This document shows, piece by piece, positions 10,683 through 23,942 of a DNA stretch of 64,000 nt; position 1 is the first letter of the stretch, and every line of letters starts with the position of its first letter. The notes below the pieces were generated by a model that saw only the letters and a list, made by a program, of their open reading frames with translations, was not told the origin of the DNA and made no database searches. Source of the DNA: Candidatus Latescibacterota bacterium (lineage in GTDB: Bacteria > Latescibacterota > UBA2968 > UBA8231); contig CBDCXV010000009.1 in the NCBI GenBank assembly GCA_965223905.1, forward strand, positions 480,001 to 544,000. Reading direction: 5' to 3'. A program made the translations under genes and the position numbers.

Positions 10683-13600
10683 GTGGCGGAGAACACGGCA
10701 GGAGGACAAGACATCCAGCACCCCATCAGCGCCACCGATGAAGACCGGGACCGACTGACCTACCGGTTGAGCGGAGACGATGCCGATTCTTTCACGCTGA
10801 ACACAAGCAACGGTCAGCTTCGCACCCGGTCAGGCGTCACCTACGACTACGAGGATAAAGACCGCTACTCCGTGACGGTGGAGGCAGACGACCGTCGTGG
10901 CGGCGCCGCCTCCATTGACGTGACCATCTATGTGGCCGACGTCGACGAGCCCCCCGAGGCGCCGGCCCGGCCCCGGGTCGAGCCGGGCGACTCGAAGAGC
11001 CTGACCGTGACCTGGACCGAGCCGGCCAACACCGGCCCCGGCGTTGACGGCTACGACGTGCAGTACCGCAAGAGCGGCTCCTTCCTCCCCTGGCCGCACA
11101 GCGGCTCCGGCACGAGCACAACCATCACGGACCTGGACCTGAACACCCGCTACGAGGTGCAGGTGCGTGCGACCAACGACGAAGGCACGGGTGCCTGGTC
11201 GTCCTCGGGTTTCGGGACGACCAGCGCCAACCAGCGGCCGGTCTTCGACGAGGGGGGCAGCGCCACCCGCAGCCTGGCGGAGAACACCCCGCCCGATCGG
11301 GACATCGGCACCCCGCTAAGAGCGGCCGATCCCGAGGGCGGCGCGGTGACCTACAGCCTCTCCGGACGGGACGCGAGCTCGTTCACCATCGATCCAAACA
11401 ACGGCCAGCTGCGCACACAGACCGGCGTTGAGTACAACTACGAGGCGCGAAATCGCTATTCGGTGACGGTGGAAGCGCAGGACGAGCAGGGGGGCCGCGC
11501 CACCATCGCGGTGACGATTGACATAACCGATGACGACAACGAACGGCCGCAAAGACCCGACCGGCCCTCGGTGACGGCCTCGACGCTGACGAGTCTGACC
11601 CTGCGGTGGACCGAGCCGAGCAATACCGGGCCGCCCATCACCGATTACAATGTGCAATACCGCGAAGGCAGCAGCGGCGCCTTCACTGCGGCGGCACATG
11701 ATGGCATACGCACGACGACGACGATTGCGAACCTGGAGTCGGACACCTCGTATGAGATTCAGGTGCAGGCGATCAGTGACGAAGGCACGAGCCCGTGGTC
11801 GCCATCGGGGAATGGACGGACCGTCGCCAACCAGGCCCCCACGTTCAACGAAGGTCCGAGCGCCACGCGCAGGTTGGCGGAGAACACGACCGGCGCCCAC
11901 AACATCGGCAACCCGATAACCGCCACCGACCGCGACGGAGGGACGCTGACGTATAGCCTGGAAGGCACGGACCGGGCCTCCTTCACTCTCGATGTCAACC
12001 AGCTTCAGACCCAATCGGGCGAGACCTACGACTACGAGGAGAAGCCCAGCTACGTCGTGATCGTGCGCGTAGAGGACGGTCAGGGCGGCAGCAATACCAT
12101 CGAGGTGACCATCAACCTGATAGACGAACAGGAACCGCCCGGGGACCCGGCAGCACCCAGCGTCATACCGGCCTCATCAACCAGCCTGACCGTGACCTGG
12201 GACGAGCCGGCCAACACCGGTCCCGACATCGACGACTACGACGTGCAATACCGCGAAGGGGGCGGCGGCGGCTTTACCCCCTGGACACACAATAGCGCGG
12301 AACGCACCGCGACCATCACCGGTCGGAGCCCGGGCACGAGCTATGAGGTGCAGGTGAAGGCGCACAACGACGAAGGGGCCAGCGACTGGTCGCCGTCGGG
12401 CACGGGAAGCACCGGCGCCAATGAGCCCCCGGTCTTCACCGACGGGTCGAGCGCCACGCGCGCCCTCGACGAGAACACCACGGGCGTGCAGGACGTCGGC
12501 GATCCGGTAAGTGCCACCGACCCGGAGAATACTACGCTGACCTATAGCCTCGAAGGCACGGATGCGGATGCCTTCACCATCAACTCGCGCAGCGGGCAAC
12601 TTCGGACCAAATCGGACCAGACCTACGATCACGAGACGACGCCCCGCTATGTTGTGAGTGTGAAAGCAACCGACGGGCATAGCGGCGAAGGCGCCATCCT
12701 CGTGTTGATAAACCTGAACGACGTCAACGAGCCGCCGGCGTTCACCAGCGACGCAACCTTCGAGACGGTAGAAAATGGCACGAGGGTCGGCGAAGTGGTC
12801 GCCCGCGATGAGGATAGTGCCGACGGTATCACGAGTTACACCATCACCGGCGGTGTTGACCGGGACCTGCTCGAGATCGACAGCGGAGGCGCGTTGACCT
12901 TCAAGAACGCCCCCGACTTCGAGGATCCCGCGGACAACGGCAGAAACAACCAGTACAGCGTCGCGGTCACGGCCACCGGCGGCGCGGGAGGCCGCGCCCT
13001 GACCGCACAGCAGACAATCACCGTCACCGTCACCGACGTGAACGAACCGCCCGTCTTCACCAGCGACGATGCCTTCAAGGTCGATGAAAACGAGCAGTCC
13101 GTCGGCCGGGTGACCGCCCAGGACGCCGACAGGAACGACGGCATCACCGGCTACGAGGTCACCGGCGGAGCCGACGGGAGCCGGTTCGAAATCGCCGGCA
13201 CGAACCAGTTGCGCTTCAAGGACGCCCCCGACTTCGAAAGGCCGGCGGATGCGGGGGGCAACAACGAATACATCGTGGAGGTCACGGCGACCGGCGGCGC
13301 CGGGACCCGGGAGATGACGGGAACGCAGACGATCACCGTCACCGTGGAGGACGTCGACGAACCGCCGGGGAAGCCCGATCCGCCCACGGTGAGCGACGAG
13401 ACCGAGAGCAGCCTCACCGCGACCTGGACCGAGCCAGCCAACACCGGGCCCGACATCACCAATTACCATGTACAATACCGCGACAGCGGCGCGTTCACCG
13501 ATTGGCCGGACACCGGCCCGTCCCTGACCCGCACGATCACGGGCTTGAGTTCGGGCAGCACCTACCAGGTCCGGATACAGGCGGAGAACGACGAAGGGAA

Positions 13601-16600
13601 GGGCGCGTGGTCCAATTCGGTCAATGGGGCCACGCTCCGGACCGGTGGCATTTGCGGCCGCACCGAGCAGGTGCGCGACGAGATCGTGGCGCAAGCCCCC
13701 GTAAGCAATTGCGGCGATGTGACCGCGGACCACCTGGCCGAAATTACCTCCCTCGATTTGAGATTCAGGGACATCTCAGCACTACAGGCGGGCGATTTTT
13801 TCGGGCTGACCGCCTTGCAAGAGCTCAACCTGGGTAACAACGACCTTGAGACGCTGCCGGCGGGCGCGTTCTCTGAGCTGACCGCCTTGCAAAAGCTCCA
13901 CCTGTTTAACAACGACTTTGAGACGCTGCCGGCGGACGTGTTCTCCGGGCTGAGCGCCTTGCAAGAGCTCAACCTGCATACCAATGACCTCAGCAGTCTG
14001 CCGACGGGCCTGTTCTCCGGGCTGACCGCCTTGCAAGAGCTCAACCTGCATACCAATGACCTCAGCAGTCTGCCGGCGGGTGTGTTCTCCGGGCTGACCG
14101 CCCTGCAACAGCTCAACCTGAATTTCAATGATCTCGGCAGTCTGCCGGCGGGCCTGTTCTCCGGGCTGACCGCCCTGCAACAGCTCAACCTGTGGGACAA
14201 CGACCTCGGCAGTCTGCCGGTAGGTGTATTCTCAGGGCTATCGTCGCTTGAATTTCTTGACCTGAGTGGTAACCAGATCAGCAGCTTGACTGTGGGTGTG
14301 TTCTCACAGCTGACCGCCCTGACAAGACTCATCCTGAGTGGCAACGAAATCGAGACGCTGCCATCGGGTGTGTTCTCACAGCTGACCGCGATTGAAGAGC
14401 TCCACCTGACTAGCAACGGCTTTGAGACGCTGCCTGCGGACCTGTTCTCGGGGCTGACGGAACTGAGGACACTCCACCTTTCATTCACCTACCTCGAGAC
14501 GCTGCCTGCGGACCTGTTCTCGGGGCTGACGGAACTGACCCATCTCGACCTTTCCAACAACAAACTTGAGACGCTGCCATCCGGTGTGTTCTCCGGACTG
14601 GCCGCACTGACAATACTCTACCTGAATGACAATGCAGTCAGTCCCCTCCCCATCACTGTTTCGCTGGAACCGGCTGGGACAGACCAGTTCAAAGCCACGG
14701 CGCACACGGGCGCGCCTTTTGAAATGGTCCTGCCGGTGCGGGTTGCCAACGGCTCCATCGCCAGCGGCGAACAGACCATCGCCATTGCCGCGGGCACCCT
14801 GGAAAGCGAGCCTCTCGCCGTCTCCCGCCCGCCGGGCGCGGGCGCGGCCGTCACCGCGGATATCAAGCGGTTGCCGCCACTGCCCTTAGACCATCTCGGC
14901 TACGAACTCGTCAAATCCGCCGACCTGCCGCTGGAAGTGATCGCCGTCCAACCGGTGACGATCTATCCGACGTCGCTGTCCGTACCGGAAGACGGCAGCA
15001 ACACCTATTCGATCGTGCTGAACGTGCAACCAACCGCAGACGTGACCGTCGGGGTGACGGTGCCGTCGGGGTCGAATATCTCGGCGAACCCGCTGCAACT
15101 GACCTTCACGGCAAGCAATTACGACGAGCCGCAAGCAGTAACAGTAACCGCCGGCATGGACGATAACACAGTCGATGACATGGTCACGGTGAGCCACACG
15201 GTCAGCGGCAGCGGGGACTATCAGGGCGTCACCGCAGACGACGTGCAGGTCACTGTTCTGGAGATGCCCGACAATGCCAATGCCCCGCCGGTTTTCACCA
15301 GTGAATCCACCTTCGAGGTTGACGAAAACGAAACCATGGCCGGCACGGTAATCGCCACGGATGCCGACGTCAGGGACTACGTCACCGGCTATGCGATTAC
15401 CGGCGGCGACGATCAGGCGCATTTCTCGATCACCCGCGGGGGGACATTGACCTTCGATGGGAATGAGGGCGCCGACCATGATCGCCCAATGGACACGGGC
15501 GAGGACAATTCATATTCCCTCACGGTCGAAGCGACCAGCGGCACGGGCGACCGGGTGCGGACGGCGACACAGACAATTACCGTCGAGGTTGTGAACGTCG
15601 TGGAACCGCCGGGCAGGCCGCCAGCCCCCCTGCTGACGACCCGGCTCGAGGAGGAAAAATATATCGTCGAGGTGCGCCCGGGCGGCACGCCGGCGAATAC
15701 CGGGCCTGACATCGGCGGCTACGAAATACAGTTTCGCGCCAGGGAAAGCTCCCCTCTCTTTGAGAACTCGATCTTGTTGATTGTATCCGACGAGGGTGAT
15801 TGGGAGACAGATATCCCCGGCTTGATCAATGGTACAACCTACGAAGTGAGAATTCAGGCGTTGAGCGGCGAAGGCTTGAGCGAGTGGTCGCCGGTATCCG
15901 AGATAACCATCCCCAACGAGGCCCCGGTTGTCGATGGCGCCATTGACGCGGTGACCGGCACGGTAGGCGGGGCCGTCGAAATCGCGTATGCGCTTTCTGT
16001 GTTTTCCGATCCCGATGGTCCCGATCTCATCCTGCAGTACACGGCCACGTCGAGCGACGAGACCGTCGCGACCGTAGAGATGATCGGTTTTGCCGTCAGG
16101 ATCACGCCGGTGGCCGCCGGCACTGCGACGATTACGGTAACCGCGCGCGATCCCCACGGCGGGACCGCCGCCGCCACCTTCGACGCGACCATACAGGCAA
16201 CCACCCTATTGGCGCCCACCCTGAGCATCAGCGGAGATGACTTTACCATCGGATTCACAGATGACTTCGCGGCCAGCGAGACCCGCGCCTACGAGGTCAG
16301 AATCCGGCACAAGACGCCTGTCGGACCGTGGGCCACAGGGTGCTTTACCGCCACGAACGAGGGTCAGGATATTTCCATATCCGAGACCCTCTCAGAGCCT
16401 GATTTTTTCGAGCCGGGCACCACCTACCAAGCGGATTACGGGTACATCGGGGCGGATTGCAACGGCAGCGCGACCAGCCGCTCCGGGACCGTCGAGGCGA
16501 CGACCACCGGAACCCCTTCTTTTGACATCGACCTCGTTTTCGTCGGCGCGATTTCCTCAAAACACCGGTCGGCGGCAGAAGCGGCGGCGACCCGTTGGGA

Positions 16601-17402
16601 GCGCATCATCACGCACAGCATTCCCTACCATCCCGTTACGGAAGAAGAGCGCGATTACGTGGAGGAATTTTTCCCAACGGCCACCATCCCCGACAAAATC
16701 GATGATCTGCTGATTTTCGTGGAAATCGGTGACAACGTGGGATTGGGTGTTGGTACTCTGGCTGACGCCCGGACGATCATCCTACGCGACCCGTCCTTCT
16801 TGCCCTGCATAGCGCGACTGAGGCTCAACGGGGACAACCTGCCCAGTCTCTCAGACGAGCTGTTGGCGGATGTCATGGAGCACGAGATGGGACACACTCT
16901 GGGTTTTGCCTCCTGGCTGTGGCGAGGGCACAACCTGCTGCATGACCCTTCCCTCAACAACCCCGTCTTTCCCGCGCCCGACACGCACTTCTCAGGTCCG
17001 CTGGCGATTGCAGCCTTCAATGCCAGCGGCGGGGCGGCCTACACAGGCGCGAAGGTGCCGGTGGAAAACAACGGGATACCGGGCGCAGCTGACAGTCACT
17101 GGCGTGAGAACGTGCTCGACGACGAACTCATGACAACCCGTTTCAACCGTTTGTTACCGCACAACCCGCTCAGCGCGATCACCATTCAGGCGATGGCCGA
17201 TATAGGCTACCGCGTCGACATCACCCAGGCCGAGTCGTACAAGGGGCCCTTTGTCACACCCTTTGCGGCGTCTGCGCCAGTCGTCCGGGCGGCCGAGGAG
17301 GACTCGGTTCCGCTCACCTGCATTGTAGAAGGCCCCACCGCCATGCCCGACAAGCCTGCGACCATCATCCTTGAAGTGAAGCGCACCGTCGAGAGCGAAT
17401 AA
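10683..17402 (+). CDS. Cadherin/FN3/leucine-rich-repeat surface protein with C-terminal leishmanolysin (M8)-like zinc metallopeptidase; C-terminal part of the frameshifted giant gene
   Basis: Cadherin motifs (ENT...ATD.D...YDYE), FN3 units, 24-aa LRRs, the Zn motif HEMGHTLG and the GP63-like 'SHWRENVLDDELMT'. The frame is open upstream through a Pro-rich linker (GSSSDNGGGPVTPPRPPPPPPPPPGPNRAPAFNDG). Confidence 0.85.
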   Translation: MAENTAGGQDIQHPISATDEDRDRLTYRLSGDDADSFTLNTSNGQLRTRSGVTYDYEDKDRYSVTVEADDRRGGAASIDVTIYVADVDEPPEAPARPRVEPGDSKSLTVTWTEPANTGPGVDGYDVQYRKSGSFLPWPHSGSGTSTTITDLDLNTRYEVQVRATNDEGTGAWSSSGFGTTSANQRPVFDEGGSATRSLAENTPPDRDIGTPLRAADPEGGAVTYSLSGRDASSFTIDPNNGQLRTQTGVEYNYEARNRYSVTVEAQDEQGGRATIAVTIDITDDDNERPQRPDRPSVTASTLTSLTLRWTEPSNTGPPITDYNVQYREGSSGAFTAAAHDGIRTTTTIANLESDTSYEIQVQAISDEGTSPWSPSGNGRTVANQAPTFNEGPSATRRLAENTTGAHNIGNPITATDRDGGTLTYSLEGTDRASFTLDVNQLQTQSGETYDYEEKPSYVVIVRVEDGQGGSNTIEVTINLIDEQEPPGDPAAPSVIPASSTSLTVTWDEPANTGPDIDDYDVQYREGGGGGFTPWTHNSAERTATITGRSPGTSYEVQVKAHNDEGASDWSPSGTGSTGANEPPVFTDGSSATRALDENTTGVQDVGDPVSATDPENTTLTYSLEGTDADAFTINSRSGQLRTKSDQTYDHETTPRYVVSVKATDGHSGEGAILVLINLNDVNEPPAFTSDATFETVENGTRVGEVVARDEDSADGITSYTITGGVDRDLLEIDSGGALTFKNAPDFEDPADNGRNNQYSVAVTATGGAGGRALTAQQTITVTVTDVNEPPVFTSDDAFKVDENEQSVGRVTAQDADRNDGITGYEVTGGADGSRFEIAGTNQLRFKDAPDFERPADAGGNNEYIVEVTATGGAGTREMTGTQTITVTVEDVDEPPGKPDPPTVSDETESSLTATWTEPANTGPDITNYHVQYRDSGAFTDWPDTGPSLTRTITGLSSGSTYQVRIQAENDEGKGAWSNSVNGATLRTGGICGRTEQVRDEIVAQAPVSNCGDVTADHLAEITSLDLRFRDISALQAGDFFGLTALQELNLGNNDLETLPAGAFSELTALQKLHLFNNDFETLPADVFSGLSALQELNLHTNDLSSLPTGLFSGLTALQELNLHTNDLSSLPAGVFSGLTALQQLNLNFNDLGSLPAGLFSGLTALQQLNLWDNDLGSLPVGVFSGLSSLEFLDLSGNQISSLTVGVFSQLTALTRLILSGNEIETLPSGVFSQLTAIEELHLTSNGFETLPADLFSGLTELRTLHLSFTYLETLPADLFSGLTELTHLDLSNNKLETLPSGVFSGLAALTILYLNDNAVSPLPITVSLEPAGTDQFKATAHTGAPFEMVLPVRVANGSIASGEQTIAIAAGTLESEPLAVSRPPGAGAAVTADIKRLPPLPLDHLGYELVKSADLPLEVIAVQPVTIYPTSLSVPEDGSNTYSIVLNVQPTADVTVGVTVPSGSNISANPLQLTFTASNYDEPQAVTVTAGMDDNTVDDMVTVSHTVSGSGDYQGVTADDVQVTVLEMPDNANAPPVFTSESTFEVDENETMAGTVIATDADVRDYVTGYAITGGDDQAHFSITRGGTLTFDGNEGADHDRPMDTGEDNSYSLTVEATSGTGDRVRTATQTITVEVVNVVEPPGRPPAPLLTTRLEEEKYIVEVRPGGTPANTGPDIGGYEIQFRARESSPLFENSILLIVSDEGDWETDIPGLINGTTYEVRIQALSGEGLSEWSPVSEITIPNEAPVVDGAIDAVTGTVGGAVEIAYALSVFSDPDGPDLILQYTATSSDETVATVEMIGFAVRITPVAAGTATITVTARDPHGGTAAATFDATIQATTLLAPTLSISGDDFTIGFTDDFAASETRAYEVRIRHKTPVGPWATGCFTATNEGQDISISETLSEPDFFEPGTTYQADYGYIGADCNGSATSRSGTVEATTTGTPSFDIDLVFVGAISSKHRSAAEAAATRWERIITHSIPYHPVTEEERDYVEEFFPTATIPDKIDDLLIFVEIGDNVGLGVGTLADARTIILRDPSFLPCIARLRLNGDNLPSLSDELLADVMEHEMGHTLGFASWLWRGHNLLHDPSLNNPVFPAPDTHFSGPLAIAAFNASGGAAYTGAKVPVENNGIPGAADSHWRENVLDDELMTTRFNRLLPHNPLSAITIQAMADIGYRVDITQAESYKGPFVTPFAASAPVVRAAEEDSVPLTCIVEGPTAMPDKPATIILEVKRTVESE
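13738..14633 (+). repeat. About 12 tandem 72-bp units encoding 24-aa 'typical'-class LRRs
   Basis: Consensus LTALQELNLxxNDLxxLPAGVFSG, preceded by a Cys-containing cap (ICGRT...NCGDVT). Confidence 0.9.
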
Positions 17403-17805
17403 GCCGCCTGATCCTCGGCCCACTCGTGGCACTGGCGGCCCCGGCCTTCCGGTCGGATGCCGAGCCCCGAGCCGCCACGAGAGGTGGTCTCGAAGCCGCG
17501 CCCGCAAACGGCCATCTGCACCCCGGCGCGACTCCGGAGTCGGGATGGCCGGCCCCCTGATCAGCGAGCTCGCCGACGCAGAAAACCTTGGGCTTCAGGG
17601 CGCGGCCGATGGCATTCAGCCTTCAAGCCATCCCGGCAGGCCTGGAACGCTAGCTCCGCTCGCCGTCCGGCTTCGAAGGAGGACAGGTTGCTCGTGTCGT
17701 GTAGCAGTTTCTCGACTCGACGTTGATCTCCCATCGTCAGCCCGTGACGGGATCAGCGTCCGTTTCCCTACCTTCTTGGTGGCAATCATTTCTGCCCCCT
17801 TCATT

Positions 17806-17843
17806 TAATAGCACGCAGGGCCAATAATAGCACGCAGGGCCAA
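17806..17843. repeat. Perfect 19-bp tandem duplication TAATAGCACGCAGGGCCAA upstream of the helicase gene
   Basis: Two adjacent identical copies at 17806-17824 and 17825-17843. Confidence 0.9.
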
Positions 17844-17897
17844 GAAAACGCTGACCTCGCATCCGGGGTTGGCCGTTCCCAATCGGAGAGCAGGTCC

Positions 17898-21472
<3,575 letters not shown>

Positions 21473-21639
21473 CGGTCTCGATGGTTGCAGAGTGGTCCGT
21501 AAATTTGGGGAGATCGGATCTTTCCCCTAACCGCGAAATCCGGATCGGCCTTGTCTCCATCCTCCCTGCCCGGGGCAACCGGGCTGATAACGCGATAATA
21601 TTGGGCGGAACATTCGGGCCCGCATGAAAAGGAAACCTC

Positions 21640-23208
21640 ATGCCACTCATTGACAGGCAACTTCGCGAGATATGGGATGCGTTGCGGGCAGAAGGTGCCC
21701 AGCGCCGCGATTCCCTGCGCGTGACTCGCATCAAACACCTCCGCGGCATCCGGGATCTTCGAGTACCGTTTCCCTACCCCGTCTGCGTGTTGGCAGGTCC
21801 CAACGGCTGCGGCAAGTCCACCGTGCTGTTCGCCTGCGCGTGCGCTTATCAGGATCCCGACCGGGGGCCGCGAGACTTTGCCCCCAGCAGCCTCTTCCCC
21901 AACTTCGCTCACGGACGACAGGGGGAACTTTCCGACACAGTCGAGGGAACCGAACTGGAGTTCGACTATGTCCAGGATGGCGGGAGCTACGCCATGGCCT
22001 GGAAAAGGGGACGTTCCTTCAGATGGGGTCGCAGCTTCCTGGGCCGAAAAGGTGGAAGACAACCGCAACGGGCACTATACCTTCGCACTCTCGCGAATCT
22101 CACCAATCCGTCGGAGGTGCGCGGCCTTCTGCAACTTGCTCGAAAGCGGTTTCAGACGGAAGAACTTACGCCTGACCTGCTGATCTTCGCCCATCGCATC
22201 CTGCCCCGCCGCTACCGCAAGCTCTCGGTCATCAGCGCGCAAACCCGTGACCTGTTGTTTGCCGAAGTCGAAGGGCATGACCCAACCAGCTACTCCGAGT
22301 TTCACATGTCCTCCGGAGAACGCGCCGTTCTCCGCATCTCCAAGGACATTTCCCGCCTGCCGGGGGCGCTCGTTCTCATCGACGAGGTGGAAGCCGGGTT
22401 GCATCCGTATACGCAACAGCAGGCCATGCTCGAGCTGCAGCGCATCGCGCTGCGGCAAAAGCTTCAGATCGTGGTCGCCTCTCACAGCCCCGTGGTCCTG
22501 GACAGCGTCCCGCCCGAAGCCCGGATATTCCTCGACCGGGATCCGACCTCGGAAGTCCGAGTCATGCCCGCGTACCGGGACATCTTCCAGAAGGCGCTTT
22601 ACGGGCAGTCCCGCGATCAGCTCTCCTTTCTCTGCGAAGACGCAGTCGCCGAGGCCATCGTTCGCGGCGTTCTCGACGTGCTCAACTCCGAAATGGGACT
22701 GCGCCATGACGACTTCGTCGTCGGCAGAAACACCGGGCGCGACGAGTTTCCAGGCCACATCCGCACCTTGGGCAAGTTCGGCAAGTTGAGGGACTTCCTC
22801 ATGGTGCTGGACGGCGACTCGCGAGATCTCGAGGACAAGATCAAAGGGGTTACCGGGGATTACGGACACAACGCCCTGCCGTTGTTTCTTCCGGGGGACG
22901 GGTCGCCGGAGCAGTGGGTATGGGAGATCCTTGGCCGGCAGACGCAGGAATACGGCAACGCACTCGGCTTGTCCGCTCCAGATCTGGAAAGAAGAATGCG
23001 TGAAATCGAGCAGCTGTTCGAAGGCTCGGTACGGCAGGTGGACATGGGGAAGTCGACCTTGCGGACATTCGCGGACGAACTGGACCGGGCCGCGGAGGAC
23101 GTGGCGCGAATCGCAGGCCGGACTGAGGCCGAAGCGAAGCGCGGAGACATGGCGCGGTTCCGGGTGGAGCTGCAGGAGCAGATCAACGCCTGGAGGCAGG
23201 AAAGCTGA
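21640..23208 (+). CDS. ABC/AAA_21-type ATPase fused to a TOPRIM-like domain (OLD-family-like ATP-dependent nuclease)
   Basis: Walker A GPNGCGKST, signature MSSGE, Walker B LIDEVE, H-loop SHS. C-terminal 'LCED...VLDGD' acidic motifs. Confidence 0.75.
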   Translation: MPLIDRQLREIWDALRAEGAQRRDSLRVTRIKHLRGIRDLRVPFPYPVCVLAGPNGCGKSTVLFACACAYQDPDRGPRDFAPSSLFPNFAHGRQGELSDTVEGTELEFDYVQDGGSYAMAWKRGRSFRWGRSFLGRKGGRQPQRALYLRTLANLTNPSEVRGLLQLARKRFQTEELTPDLLIFAHRILPRRYRKLSVISAQTRDLLFAEVEGHDPTSYSEFHMSSGERAVLRISKDISRLPGALVLIDEVEAGLHPYTQQQAMLELQRIALRQKLQIVVASHSPVVLDSVPPEARIFLDRDPTSEVRVMPAYRDIFQKALYGQSRDQLSFLCEDAVAEAIVRGVLDVLNSEMGLRHDDFVVGRNTGRDEFPGHIRTLGKFGKLRDFLMVLDGDSRDLEDKIKGVTGDYGHNALPLFLPGDGSPEQWVWEILGRQTQEYGNALGLSAPDLERRMREIEQLFEGSVRQVDMGKSTLRTFADELDRAAEDVARIAGRTEAEAKRGDMARFRVELQEQINAWRQES

Positions 23209-23942
23209 CGGTGAATCGAAAAAGCTGCGTGGCCAAAGTGATGAATGCGAGACAAAACCGGAAGCCCGCTCGCCTGATCAATGATCGCGGTAACGGAGAC
23301 CGACAATGAGTAATTCAGCTACACAAACCCCGCCAGAACTCGAAGTATCGAATTTCGGACCGATCGTCGAGGCAAAGATCGATCTGCGTCCCCTGACGGT
23401 GTTTGTCGGACCGAGCAACACGGGCAAGTCCTATCTTGCGATCCTGATCTACGCGCTGCATCGATTTTTTAGCGGTTTCAAGGAAAACAGGTTCTCCTTG
23501 AGTCCCCATTTCTCTAAAGAAATGCTTGACGCTTTTGACAAATGGGCCCAAAAGACTGTGGGCAAAAGGGAAATGAAATCTCACATTGCCTTACCTGATG
23601 AATTAACAGGGGTTATTCGTTCCATATTGACAGCCGAGAGCCCCCAACTCGGAAACGAAATCAGCAGGTGCTTCGGTATCGAAATCAGCAGGCTGGTACG
23701 CAAAGGAAACAAGGACACTGCTGTTGTTTTCCGAATAAAAAATCCGGACGATTCAACGCCTTTCGAGCTCAGATCGACTTTCTCAACAATGGGAGGGAAT
23801 GTATTCCAAACAAAAATCCCAGAAGAGATGTCCATCCAGGTCGACGAGGGACAAAATCGTTGGTGGATGAAACGTCTTCACTTACCGGAGTTTACTCCCG
23901 ACAGAGAGGCAGAGTTGGATCTGTTGATCAGGGAACTGTTAG

